Part shown: positions 25,801 to 38,790 of the stretch, piece by piece | How positions within the stretch are numbered: the first letter of the stretch is position 1 | Layout: each line of letters opens with the position of its first letter | Assembly: GCA_002104945.1 (NCBI GenBank) | Contig: MCFH01000024.1 | Location: forward strand, 310,001-374,000 | Source of the DNA: Piromyces finnis finn | Taxonomy: Eukaryota; Fungi; Neocallimastigomycota | Reading direction: 5' to 3' | Length of the DNA stretch: 64,000 nt | Position numbers and translations under genes: made by a program | The notes under the pieces: generated by a model | Seen by the model: the letters and a program-made list of their open reading frames with translations, nothing else | What the model was told of the DNA's origin: nothing | The model's database searches: none

Positions 25801-26308
25801 AAATAATGATAGCGTCAATGATGAAGCAAACAATGATAGTGTTGATGATGAAGCAAACAATGATAGTGTTGATGATGAAGCAAACAATGGTAGTGTTGAT
25901 GATGAAGCAAACAATGATAATATTAATGATGAAGCAAATAATGAAAGTGATGTTGATGATGAAGCAAACAATGGTAGTGTTGATGATGAAGCAAACAATG
26001 ATAGTGTTGATGATGAAGCAAACAATGGTAGTGTTGATGATGAAGCAAACAATGGTAGTGTTGATGATGAAGCAAACAATGATAGTGTTGATGATGAAGC
26101 AAACAATGATAGTATTGATGATGAAGCAAACAATGATAGTATTGATGATGAAGCAAACAATGACAATGTTATGGATGAAACCGATAATTCAATAGAATCT
26201 GGAGATGAAGTTCAAGATTCTATACAACAAGAATCTAATAACAACAGTGATGATGAAAGTGAAAACGGTTCAAATTTAGTTAATGATAATGACAGTGAAC
26301 AAGAATAA
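22880..26308 (+). CDS. Secreted 1142-aa protein: signal peptide, RlpA-like/expansin-like double-psi beta-barrel, then ~970 aa of D/E/N-rich repeats
   Basis: Hydrophobic N-terminus. NLCG...CKKQLII...VVCEVVDACDECGPNDIGISPSIMKKL...GEMNISWSF matches the DPBB pattern (VxDxCxxC...DLDLS..AF..L...G.I.I.W.F). Dibasic VKR site after the domain. Single exon. Confidence 0.85.
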   Translation: MIFVNKKQFLLLILVFFLELVLIKGKGFFEKNSSAVTGKAFIQKNGKENLCGKDINKKSKIPCFISKDKLLDEKIDECKKQLIISNDKDKNKVVCEVVDACDECGPNDIGISPSIMKKLDPKNKYKSGEMNISWSFIDPPVHDKKEDKKNEYVVRVKRGVIGSRYEDDNEADDSSVDEDQSDIADSNDAIEDVQSGNNDELTVDEEVVIASENEQEQDSDQLNEAPIETPDDTLNESVSSNDGNDENNSENEDNIIIDVADCNISGTCENNEDIVSSDDNSSESLTDTNDNNINDNDVNSDQEENNINENENSDDNDTPVDDVVDNAPVDDVVDNAPVDDAVDNAPVDDVVDNTPVDDVVDNEDENSGDNDSIIVTEDCSDQEGDIDNENAEDNENVGDNENAEDSNCSDDDTPVDDTPVDDVINENENSEDNENVGDNENAEDSNCSDDDTPVDDTPVDDTPVDDTPVDDTPVDDTPVDDTPVDDTPVDDTPVDDTPVDDTPVDDTPVDDTPVDDTPVDDTPVDDTPVDDTPVDDTPVDDTPVDDTPVDDVINENENSEDNENGIDEEENAIANDGNNDDINSGDEQNPNDYTPPDVSELSNDEGFNVPQDDQPMQEPEILDDSNNDFLPQPEDEKKHSNTIHEAYSNPKDNYERDEYNDHPNEVSNDETDEEDKQQEEVINMKNNNEESNNNSDEEEENPIIVNDEDSNDDNDTSSQEPSNPIDTTNSQGTTNENELQYIVNDDVPEGYDEVEECEEGDPDCYCVYIYSDLDIKVDDECGDIVKIPVIPNNDIPNNICEESDDECYEYAEQIEQDVNKSPEEKQENENTPVNSEDEEVPNDSNPADSTSDNNDENVSNNNDIINNNSDDEVNDNESDANENNNDIVDGDKINENDGNDEINNNEDDYMNNIVEEDSSNENYIDDAGSVITPVADSNDDIEEMEPVNDDIPNESGDEVPVDDESNNDNINDETNNDSVNDEANNDSVDDEANNDSVDDEANNGSVDDEANNDNINDEANNESDVDDEANNGSVDDEANNDSVDDEANNGSVDDEANNGSVDDEANNDSVDDEANNDSIDDEANNDSIDDEANNDNVMDETDNSIESGDEVQDSIQQESNNNSDDESENGSNLVNDNDSEQE
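23833..23965 (+). repeat. 27-bp coding tandem repeat (PVDDVVDNA/T), ~5 units
   Basis: ccagttgatga(t/c)g(t/c)tgttgataat(g/a)ct units seen directly. Confidence 0.85.
24227..24526 (+). repeat. 15-bp coding minisatellite gatgacac(a/t)ccagtt x20 (DDTPV)
   Basis: Exactly 20 units. The only variation is ACA versus ACT at the Thr codon. Confidence 0.97.
25817..26166 (+). repeat. 27-bp coding tandem repeat (DDEANN[D/G]S[V/I]), ~13 units
   Basis: gatgatgaagcaaacaatg(a/g)tagt(g/a)tt units seen directly. Confidence 0.9.
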
Positions 26309-26998
26309 TAATAATAATACATAAACTTTTATTTAATAATAATAATAAGGATAAATAAATAAATAAAAAAGTATTTTTATTATGAATTTTTATATAGAAA
26401 AAAAAGAATTATTATTAATCTTATAATAACCAATTAATATATATATATATAATTTTAATTTCTTTTACATTCTTAAATAATTACTTAATATATCCATATA
26501 TATTTATTTATATAATCACTTAAAAAAAAATAATAAAAAAATAAAATTAAAAATATATAATAGTATCATATATATAAAAGTTTTTTTTTTTTTTTATAAA
26601 TATAATAAAGAATACTTTTTATATTTTTTGTTATTTTATTATTTTTGGTTATTTTTGGTTTTATTGTTGTAATGCCTTTTTTGTTTGTTTACATTTATAC
26701 AAATTTTATATTTTGTTGATTAAAATTATTAGTTATATTTTTTCCTCATTTAATTCTTTTTATTACATTATTTGTGTTTTAAATTTCATTTCACTTTTTT
26801 TATTTTATTTTATTCATTTTTTTTTTTTTTTCTTAAATAAACTTAAAAAAAAAAAAAAAGTAAAAAATAAAAATTAAAAAATTTATAATTATATCTAATA
26901 TGAAGACTGAAGATAAAGATTAAAGAAATGAAAATATATTTATATTTAATAAATAAAATTATAAAATTTCCTTTTTTTATGGATTTTTGTAAATTTAA

Positions 26999-29458
26999 TT
27001 AATTGTTGCTTGAGTTTCCTTTTTTATTTATTAAACTATCAAAGAAAGTCTTTAATGCTCCAGAATCTTGTAAAGCTTCTGACATTGTAGATGATTTCAA
27101 TGATGAATTTCTAATTAATGTATCAACATCCTATAATAAATTATTATTATTTATATAAATGATTATTCAAATTATTCCTAAAGTTTTTTTTTTTTTTTTT
27201 TTTTTTTTTAATAGAAATAAAATAGTAAATTATATATAAATTGATCTTACAGTTGATTCAGAAATTGTTCTTGAAAGTTTATCTTTTCTTTTAGTATATG
27301 GTGAACCAGCATTTGCACTTTCCTGTAAATTTAAAATAAATTTATATAAATATTTATTATTATTATTATTTGAATTGTAAAATCATACTATCTTCAATGG
27401 TTACATTTATATATTATATATATAATTAATATTGCATACCTTTAATCTATTTAATACATTAACATTAAATTTATTATCGTTCATAGATAATGATGCACTT
27501 CTGGAGTATCTTCTAGTTGGTGATGTTATAGAATCACCCTTTTCATTCAATACAACCTTTGTATCTCTTATTGAGTTTTCTTGGAAGTCTTCTAAATGAT
27601 TTTGTAAAAATGTCTGATCATCTTCTACTGTTAATATAGTTTCCATTGCTGATGGCTAATTATTAACATACATTCCCATTTAGATTTATTAAAATATATA
27701 TATTTAGATTTAAAAATTACCCTTCAAGTTTATAATACATTTTTTTCTAAAAATTTTATGATAATTAAATAATACATACAGTATCAAATCCTGTTGAATA
27801 AATAATCTTTTCATAATCACTTCTATTTATAATACCATCAAATTCTTCATTTAATAAATTAATTCTAGATTTACTATCCCATCCTGATGGAATGAACACA
27901 GAACTTTTATCTATATATTTTGCTGGTTCATTGAATTTAAAGCTTTGTAATAAAGATTTTGATAATGCCGAATTCTTTTCATTGAAAAGGACACTTAATA
28001 AATATGAATCTAAGATATCAAATGTACTTGGGTTTTTGGTTGTTACGTATATTAAAGATGCACCATCTAATATAATTACATTTTATGATTTAAATTTATT
28101 TTGAAGATTAAATATTAATTATTTCATTATTTAAATTATATAGTAAAAATTAAAAACGTTTTGTTCTTTATATATTAAATATTATAAATTATTATATTAT
28201 TATATTAATAATAATCCAAATTAATTACATTGTAGACAAATTGTTCTTAATATTTGTTGAATGTAATCAAACTTTTCATCGTTAAAGTTTTTATTTTTGC
28301 TTTCCAATTCCTCAATTAAATCACACTAATATGTTTTTGTTTTTGTTTTTAAATATATATAAAAAGCATTAATAATGATACTCTTTTATAATCATAATTA
28401 TAATATCTATTATTTATTCTTTTTTCTTACCTTTGTACAAACAATAATAATTGGTATACCCAAGTTTTTAATAAGACATCCTTCTGGTAAAGGTATATTT
28501 ATTTCATCTAATTCTGAAGAATCAATATTTAAATCTAACTTGTTAGAATCCGCATTATTTGGATCTTTATATTCATGAATACTTCTTTCAACTATTATTA
28601 ATTTTCATATTTTTAAAAGATTAGTTATTGTTGCTGTTGTTGTTAATGTTTTTTTTTTTTTTTTTTTAATTTATTTTAAATTATTTTTCAATATTTATAT
28701 ATTTATTCATTAAACATACTTTTCTTTTGAAGTTCTTCTAAAGTTTCACTCGATATGTTATTTTTTATTTCTTCTTCAAGAATATTTAACCATGTTTCCA
28801 ATGATTTTAAAAAAGTTGATGGATTTTCCCATGAAAGTGATATAACAGCAACTGAATTGCTAATTGTTTCTTCATTAAATGCAAATGGAATTAATGTTTT
28901 ATAATTTGAATTTCCTGACAAACGATATAATCCTATATGGGCAACAGTATCTTTATAATATGATTTTAACGATATATTAATTAAATATAATAAATGGAAA
29001 ATTGAAAAATTAAAAAAAAAAAAAAAGAAATACATTTATAATTTATTTTTTAAAAATTTAAAAATCTAAAATGCATATATAAATTATATAATTTCATTAC
29101 CTTCTTCTTCAGTAATATTAACATAACTATAACTCAATGCATATTTAGGTATTCTACCAGTATTTTCAGTTGGATGTCTTGAGGCAAATTCATTAATAAT
29201 TGTAGACTTTCCACTATTATCATCACCTAATGAATTATATATATTTTATATCAAAGGTAAAAGCATTAAAAAAAAAGTTTTACTCATTTGATAGATAGAT
29301 AAAAATAAAAATTAAATGGATGTTTACATATAATAATTACCTAAAAGTAACAAGTTTTTACTTTGAGTAACTTTTGATGATGAAACATTATTTAATATGG
29401 AAAACCAAATATTTTCATCAGTTTTTAAAGGTTCTGTTGAAGTTTCTGCATTAATCAT
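26999..29458 (-). CDS. DYNC1LI: Cytoplasmic dynein 1 light intermediate chain, multi-exon
   Basis: Exons give NIWFSILNNV...NLLLLGDDNSGKST (P-loop-like), AVISLSWENP..FLKSLETW, NLGIPIIIVCTK, FDYIQQILRTICL, YGASLIY and SVFIPSGWDS. The C-terminal helix ALKTFFDSLI is typical of DLIC. Confidence 0.92.
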
Positions 29459-30358
29459 TTTTATTATCAGCTTTTAAAATTTAATAATAAAAAAAAAAAT
29501 ATATTTTATTAAAATGAAAAACAAAAAAAAAAAAAAAAAAAAAGATTAATATTCATTTTAATTTTGCTTATTCATAATGGTATTTTAACAGTTTATTCTT
29601 ATTTAATAAATTTTGATATACTTGATAACATTTATAACAATATTTAATAATCAATTTTTTAATTTTAATCTCTATTTTCTTAATGCATATATTCATATAA
29701 AAATCATTATATTGATTTTACTCTCATTGAAATTTATTTATTATATTAAAAAAAAAAAAAGGATTATTTTGGACCTTTAATTCTTAATATAAACTCTTGA
29801 TATTTGTTATTTGTTATTGTTTGAAAAATGCTTATTCTTAATTTATTATCATAATTGTAGAAATTTCATTTTAAGCATATATAGTTTTATTACTTCAAAC
29901 AACTTTGTTATTGTTTTTGATTAATATTTTTATTAAAAAAAGAATCCATAAAATAAAAAGATTTTCTTAAATGAAATTGAATTTATTATATTTTTTCGGT
30001 TAAATTGATTAAATTTATATTTATTCGACGTTAATCCAGTTCTATTGGAATAATAACTTATTCCATTCTTATATACTCGAATTAAAATTTCTTTAGTTAT
30101 TTATTTTGAAGATAATTTTTTTTTTTTTTTTTTTAGATTGTTGATATTTATTTACCAAAAGGTGCAGTAATAATTTCAATATTTAAATTTAAAGAATAAA
30201 TAAAAAAAAATTTTTAATTAAATTTACTTTTCTTTTTGTTTTCTTCTTCTCTCTTTCCTTTTATTTGTTTGGAATTAATCCGAACCACCAAAATCTGATA
30301 ATAAAAATTTTAAAATTATTTTGAAATCTTTATTTAATTTATAAAACAAAAAGTAGTG

Positions 30359-30391
<33 letters not shown>

Positions 30392-30883
30392 AATAATAAT
30401 TATTAAAATTATTTAAACTTATTTAATATATGTATTATTTACATATATTAAATAAATTCGATTTTAATTAAATTTAATTATTTCAATATATAAAATAAAT
30501 AGTATGAATACAATTTTAAAAAAAAAAAAAAATTGATTTTTTTTTATTTATAATGGAGGAAAATAAGGTAGTAAAAATAAAATTGGAAAATTAAAAGAAA
30601 TAACACAGCTACTAAAAATAATGTTAAAATAAGCATTGCAAAATGATTTAATTATATGCTGCAAACAAACGATATATATATGTAAAAATAAATAAAAATA
30701 TAAAAGTTTATTAAATATGAATTAATATATTTTATAAAAAATTATCATTTTATATAAACCACTATAATTATTTACATATAATTATACAATTATTAAAATA
30801 ATCATGATTAAATTCATCATCATTATTTTAATAACATATAGGTTATAGATATATAAAATAATAGTAATCCAATAGTAACTTTA

Positions 30884-32910
30884 TTAAAAATCAAGTTTAG
30901 ATTTTCCATTAGAACAGGATCTAATGATTGATCCACCTTCTCTTTGATCAGTTTCTTCCATTTCCGGTGGAAGATTAAAGGTTTCAATGCAAAACTTCTT
31001 TCTTCTACATTTAAATGCTAAGTTATGAAGAGTAGTTTCAGACATCTTAATACCACTTGTTAATGTATTTATACATGGTAATTTAATAACATGGAAGAAA
31101 CCTTGGAAATCTTGAATGATATCTTTTGATAATGGGTTAGCCATACCTTTATTTTAAATTTAAAATATAAATATTTATTTAAATTAAATAATATATATTA
31201 TTAATTATTTTAGATGTATAATATTATTTTTATGAATATCTTTTTTAAATTATTTTTTTTCTCTATTTCTCGATTTTTTTTATTTTTTATTTTTCTACCT
31301 TCAAAAGAATCAATTCTAATAACACAATCACATGCATGTTCTAATCTTCTTATGTGATTTGAAACATAATCATTACGTGAATCATTATATATATAGGAGG
31401 GTATAGTAAATAAACATACAGCATGACTATTTCTTAAAAGTGTTCTTAATTTATGTAAAAATACATATTTTTGCTATATATAGAGTATATATTAATATAA
31501 TATTGATAATGATTTATAAAAAAAAAAAAAAAAGTGAATAATGTATATATATTAAAAATACTACAATGATATATCATAAAATATTTACACTTGATGTACT
31601 ATTTAAATTCCAAAATGGGGAATCAAATGAATCAATTAATATTCTTAATACTGACTTGGTTTTTGTATTATTATCTTTACTAATAAAATATCATTAATTG
31701 TTTTTTAATATAAAATAATAAAAAATTAAAATTTAATTGGGTTAGTCTCAATTGAAAATATATAAAGTTTCAAGTTAGAAAAAAAAATTGAGATGTACCT
31801 GAATTTTTCAGATTTTAGTTTATTTTCAATTTCTTTATACAACTTATCAAGGATATTTTCATCTTGATTCCATTCATTTATATTTACTAATGATATATTT
31901 TCTTCTTTTGATTTTATAAATTCAGGATCAACAGTCTTGGTAAGATCAAAAATACTACAAAATGAATTTTTTACAAAATCTTATCATAATAATAATAACA
32001 ATATAAATATAAATATTTTAATGAAAATAAATTAAAATTATAAAAAGTAAGCAAATAAATAATAAAATTTTTTCCTTAAAAAAAATTAAACCATTTTACC
32101 ATCTTTATTTTTATCATTAAATTTTGGTAAATTTTCATATCTCCAAGCAATCTTTAATTCACTCTTTCTGGATTGTGGTTTTCTTGTGGATGGTTCAACA
32201 GTATCATCACTAAACATAACTCTCTTTTTCTTGATTACTGGCTTATCTTCCTCTTCAGCAAAACGAACACCTTTTTTCTTTGGTTCTATATTACTTTCAT
32301 TTTCTTCTTCTTCATCTTCATTTTCAATGATAGTAGCTGATTTTCCTTCAATAACACTCATAAGATTATTAACAATGTTTTCTGGTTTATTATCTGCTGA
32401 AATAACAAGAATGTCGTGATTAGAAACTAAACCTTGTGATATAAAATATTTTCCAAAAAGATCTGCATAAGTGGTATAACTATCTTTTTTAACCATGGTT
32501 AAAGAACCAACTGGTATACCACCACCTAACAAATGTGTTCAATATTAATTTAAAATAAAAATATTTTATATAATTATTTTTTTAAAAAAAATAATAATAT
32601 AAAATTAAAGATAATACTAATTATAATTGAATGTTTTTATTGCTGATAAGATTCATTTATAAAAAAAAATAAAATTTAAAATTAAATGAAATTTGAATTC
32701 TAAATTTCATTTCATTACAATAAAAAAAAAAAGGTTGAATAATTTTACTTGAATAATGATTTTTATATTATTTTTATAGAAAAAAAAAAGGATATCATCA
32801 TATGAAGGTATTCCTGAAGAAATTAAAAGTTGACTTGTGTAAGATGAAATTTTTGTTGCGATGGGTTGAACTTGATTTAAATTTATTCTTTTTCTAAATG
32901 AAGATTTCAT
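30884..32910 (-). CDS. ELP4: Elongator complex subunit 4 (PAXNEB domain), multi-exon
   Basis: QLLISSGIPSYDDIL-GGGIPVGSL, KYFISQGL, LKIAWRYENLP, IRIDSFE and LAFKCRRKKFCIETFNLPP, ending KLDF*. These match Elp4 motifs. Confidence 0.93.
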
Positions 32911-33422
32911 TTTTCAATATTAATTTAAATGTTACTTTTCTTAAATAGATATACTTATTTTTAATTAATGATTTTCAATGTTATTATAAATGATTGTTAA
33001 AACAATTACTTATTTTATTAAATCTTTTAATTTATATACTTTTAAATTTTAAAATTTACAATAATATTTATAATACTATCATAACCTTATTATTTTAAAT
33101 TTACATAAAGAAAAAAATTTTTTTTTTTTTAATAATAAATTAAACAAAGTTTAAGATACATAAATGTTTAATTTTCTTAAAACTTTTTAGCCAATCAATT
33201 ATTAATTTTAATTAGTAACATTTTTAAAAAGTAAACTGCATTCTTAAAAAACACTTTCAATTTTCTTTTTCTTTTTTTTTTTTTTCTACTTATTTATTTA
33301 TTTATAAAGAATTTTAATTATTTATTTTTTTTTTTTGTCATTTAAATAAAGAATAGTGATATAAAAATTTAAAATAAAAAAATCTATATTTAATTATAAA
33401 TATTTCGCTTAGGTAATCAAAA

Positions 33423-35528
33423 TTATCCACGCTTCTTTAAAACCCTATAATAGTTGAAAATATATAAAAATATATCAATTAATAATAGTTAGTAAGGATG
33501 AAGAATTACAATAGTAGTGGGATATATATATATTACTATTTAATATTATATTTTCTAGTATTTTTTTAAAATGATGTATAAAAGCTTTTATTAAATGTAT
33601 ATATACCTATTAAATGAATCTGAAAGTGTAGTATACATAAATTCCCAATAACGATCATATAATTTGATTAATGAATCACCAAATTCTTTAATAATAGTAT
33701 TTGCAGAGAAACTTGGAATAAACTTTTCAAAATCATCAACATCTTCGCCATTCTTTAAAGCAGTTTGAATCTTTATTAATCCTTCAAAAATTGGTTCCAA
33801 AATAACAGGATCATAATTACGACAAATCATATAAAATAAGGATCTAGCGACTCTTGATGATCCTGGTTTTATAAGCTGTATCTCTAAGAAAAGTGAATGT
33901 AAAATATAAACAATGGTGGAATAAAAGGTTTCTTCTGGTTTACATAGTCTTACAATCATGATACCTTGTGTTTTTAAATGACTATTATTTATGATTCAAA
34001 AAAAAAAAAAAATATTACGAAATAATATTAAAAATACTTAGTTTTAAATCCATGGATAATAAAATTCAGTTTTTGTAAGACAAACTTACCTTAAACCTAA
34101 TATTAATTGGGACACTAATAATAATTTAGATTCTTTTTGAAATTGACTATAATCAGAATTATTATTTGTCCAGTTGATTTGACCATCTAAAATGACTAAA
34201 TCAAAGGATTCACCTAATTGGAAACCACTTTTTAATTTATTTATATCACAGTATAAACAATTAAATCTATCTGAATTATGATCAAACATTGGTGATACAC
34301 CATTGCCATTCGGAAGAGTTATTCCACAGCCAGAACTTTCTGGATAATTATTTAAAATATAATTTGTGAAACCTCCTGGAGCACAACTATAGCGTCAATA
34401 TAAATGATAAATTGAAAAAGGTAAATAAAAAAAAAACGTTTATTTCAATGAAAATAGCATAGATAGATATATAATTATACCATATATCAAGAAAATGTGT
34501 ATTTGGACTAAAAATTGGTTTGTCTACACTTTCTACCATGTCTTTAAACATAACTAAATTTAAATTATATAAAGTTTTGGCTGTATTAGGTTGAACACTT
34601 TTTGCCTGAGTTCTTACATTGTTATAATGTTCATCGATAGTTGGATCACTTGCAGCCTTCAAATATAAAATATTTTATTAACTAAAAATAAATTTATAAA
34701 ATTTATAGCTATTCTTAAAAAAAAAAAAAAAAATACCTTTTCCTTTAAATTATCTAATTTTGCAAATATTGGAGATGCTTTTTTAAAGTAGTGAAGTAAT
34801 ATACCATCATATTTTGTATAAGTACTTGAAATTGGAACTTTTTTTTCTTGATTATTTTGAATTTTTGGAGTATTTAAACGATTATTTCCTGATCTCATAA
34901 TATCTATTCAAAATAATATATTATTGGTAAGAAAAATCTTGCCCTTTTACTTTTTAATTTTATAATAATATTATTTTATACCTAATGGTAATAATAATCT
35001 TAATCTTCTATCATCAATTTCAATTTTATTATTTAATTCATTAAATGCTGCTTTTGCTATATAAAGATTTAATATATAAAATGGGATTTCAGAATTTAAA
35101 AAAAAAAAGTAAATTAAAATATCTAAAAAAAATTACTTTAAAATTACCTGCTTTTTCATTTGCAAAAGTAATATAAGCATAACCTAACGGCTTATTCGTA
35201 AATTCATTATAGCAAATATTAATATGTTTATATTTTGTATTTGAAAATTCTTGAGCAAGTCTAGTCTATTAAATTAAAACAAATAAGAGAGATATTAAAA
35301 TGACATAAATCTTAATTTCAAATAATTATAATTTCATTTGAAAAATCAATTTTATAATAATTAAAATTAAAGTATTGATTTAAACTTTATCTATACCTCC
35401 GTTATATTAGATGGAAGATTCGATACAAACATATTAATTTCTCGTTCATGATTATTTTGAATTAACATTGAACTAGAAAGATTGTAAGAACTGGGTTTAT
35501 TGGAAAGTAATATTGGTCTCTTTGACAT
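33423..35528 (-). CDS. N-terminal RRM fused to an FtsJ/RrmJ-like SAM-dependent methyltransferase, ~8 exons
   Basis: Spliced: MFVSNLPSNITE (RNP2) and PLGYAYITF (RNP1), then FLDICCAPGGF (SAM motif I), FDLVILDGQ, SQLILGL and IQLIKPGSSRVARSLFY. A short last exon at 33444-33423 (RVLKKRG*) is inferred. Confidence 0.85.
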
Positions 35529-38500
35529 TTTAATTAATTTAAATCTTTACAAGTATATTCTTTAAAAAAAATAGTTATTTCTTAGGTTTATTTATTGTTA
35601 TCGTTGTTATTTTTTTTTTTCTTTTATTGTTGTTGTTACTTTTTATTACTGTTGAATAATTAATTTTTTTTTTCCTTAATTAAAATTTGTTGATTATTCA
35701 ATTTTATTTCCTTGAAATTCTTTTAGTGATAATAATAATAATATATATATATAGACATTTAAAATGTATATTAATTAATATTCAAATTAGTATCATTGTT
35801 ACAATATTTAATTTATGTAAAGTTCGATATAATATTAAATCTGTACTTTCTGATGAACAAAAAATGAGTGTTAAACAAACACTGTTTCTCTATCAATTCC
35901 TAAAATTAAAAATAAAAATAAATGTGTTTAAAAGATTAGTGCATGAATTTATTGAATGATTTTTAATATAAGACTATCAATGTAAATTTTATTGATTAAA
36001 ATCTTGATAATTTTAATATTCTTATCAAATATACTATACTGGGAATAATTTTTTTTCACCATTATATATATATATATATTATTGTTACTATTATTCTTTT
36101 ACTCAATGGTTTCGTTAATTGAATAAAAATTTTAAATCGGATTTTATGAATTATACATTTCTAAAATAACATTTTTCTATATTGATTATTTTATTGTTTT
36201 TTCTTATTTATTAAAGCATTAAAGAAGAAAGAAAAATAACAATTATGATTTTTACTTTTATAAGTAATAGCTGTTTTTTTTCAACCGTTTCAAAGCTGAA
36301 AATGTTACTTCTTTTTGAAGTATTGTAATAAAAACTATTTTATAACAAATTGATAAAAATTTTATTTAAATTTTTTTTTTTTTAATTTTTTTAAAAAAAA
36401 AAATTCCATATATAAATAATATAATATATAATATATTAATATATTAAAATTTTATTGTCTAAATAACAAATTAAATTATTTATACTATATATAATTATAT
36501 ATACTACTTGCTTAACGAAACTTAACGAAAGTGCATTGATATAATAGATATACAAAAAGAAAGAAAAAGGAAAGAAAAAAAAAAAAGAAAATTATTTTAT
36601 TAATGACAATGTTATAAACTATTTTATTCCATAATTTTAATGTTCATAAAGATAAATGGATTCTCATTAGAAATTTTAAATAGTTAATTCCACATTGGAA
36701 ATATTATTATATATAAATTTTAAATTTTTCTACCTTTTTCCTTTGAATAAGACCGTGAAAAACACGTGAATTTCAATTATTTAATGTAATAGAGGAAAAA
36801 AAAACAATTGCTGTATCACCCATCAAAAAAAAAAATAAAACTAAAATAAAAAAAAAGAATTACTGATTATAGTGGATATTGTTGTTCAATTATTACTAAT
36901 ATTTTTTTACTATTACTACTATTACTCAGTTATTATTAAATAATATTTATTATAATTAATTATAATAATCTTAAATTAATAATTCAAATTTTTAAATATC
37001 AATAGAAAAAAAAATCATTATCAAAATCTTCATTCACCAAAATACAAATTAAGAGAATCAAAAATTCTTAAAAGATAAAAGATAATATATATATATACTT
37101 TATAGTATAAATTATGAATTTTAGAAATAAAACTTTTAAAAATTGCATTTAAAAGTCAAGTATTTAAAAAAATAATAATTATAAAATCATTGGCAATATA
37201 TTTAGTAATAATGATTATGTTAAGATCTACTAATTGAATTATTTAAAAATTTATAGAATATAAATGAATAAACAATTTCAATAATAAATAATATTTTCTA
37301 TGAAATATTTTAATTTTAGACTTTTTTAAATTATATAGATCAAATGTTTAAATAATATAAAGTATATATAATTATAATTATTTAAAACATTTTTTTTTTT
37401 TATTTTATTAAAGATAATGTATGTGTATATGCGTATATATTATTTATTATGTATGTGTAAATAATTATTTAAATATATTTCTTATTCATTAAACTACACC
37501 ATTTATCCTTTATTATTATTACTATAGTTTTTTATAAAAAAAAAAAAAAAAAAAATCATTCCAAAAATAAATGTTTTTTAAAAAGAAATTGAACTATATT
37601 ATAAATAGCTTGAGATTACACTATTTAGATATATTTTTCTTTATAATAACATCTATTCAATTAAAATAAAACTAAATATATAATAAAATAAAAATTTTTT
37701 TTAATAATGAATTATTTTTCATTGTACGTAAAGTATATAATAATAATAATAAAAAAAAAAAGAATATTAACTTTTTAAATTCTATACCTAAAAATAACTT
37801 CTTTTATTTTTTTTTAAACTTAAATTATCTATTTTTATTTTATAAATAATTATAAATAGTTATTTTGTAAATGTAGAGTTATTAATATAACAAACTTTAA
37901 TATAGGAAATAATTTATATAATTCATAATGCATATATGAAAAATAATTAATAATATGAAAATATTTAAAACTACCACTTTAAATAAAAATGAAATGACTT
38001 AAAAGAAATAGCATTTTAAAATTAATATTCTCATTATATTTAATAAAGAAAAATAATAACCTATAATTAATATTCTTATTTTTTAAAAAAAAAAAACAAA
38101 CAAAATAAAAAGTATAAAGTAAATAAAATATAAGATTAAAAATATACTGCAACATCTACAATAAAAAGTTTAAAGCTTATACTATATTTAAACCAAAAAG
38201 AAAAATAAAATAAAGTAAATAATAAATATTATAAATTATAATTTTATTCTTTTTTTTTAAAAAAAATAGTATTAGAATTGTTCAAACTAATATATCTAAT
38301 TTTAAATCATGTATTATATTAATTTATTAAATTACAAATTTAAAATGTCATGAATACCATTAATAATTTGTATTTTTTTTTTTTTTTAAGAATAAATATA
38401 AAAATAAGTTTTAGTTTTTTTAAATTATATAATAATTAAACTTACAATTAAAGTGATTATATTTAAAATCTTATTATAATATAAAATTTTTTAGTTCTAT

Positions 38501-38790
38501 ATCAAAAAATCAAAATCAAAATCATATAAAAAGGAAAGAATGTTTTAACATTTTTAAAAACCATTCTTTATAAATACTTTTTATTTAAAAGGTTAAAAGA
38601 ATACAAACAAAACAAAAAAAACTAATTATTTAATTTATCAATTAAATAAGATTAAATAATCTTTAAAAAATATATATTATAATTATATATTTTTATATAC
38701 CAAAAAACTAAAAAAACAACTTTCAAAACTCTCTCCCAAGGAAAAAATATTTTATTTTAAAAATTTTTTTTTAAATTTAAAACTATTAAA

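Noticed and set aside
23539-26195. Many overlapping alternate-frame and antisense ORFs over the acidic repeat gene
   Set aside because: These are shadows of stop-free tandem repeats (VINW, TGVSS, CHQL, MTHQL).
29990-30320. Possible small spliced minus-strand gene between DLIC and ELP4
   Set aside because: I could not build a consistent start-to-stop model with recognisable protein features.
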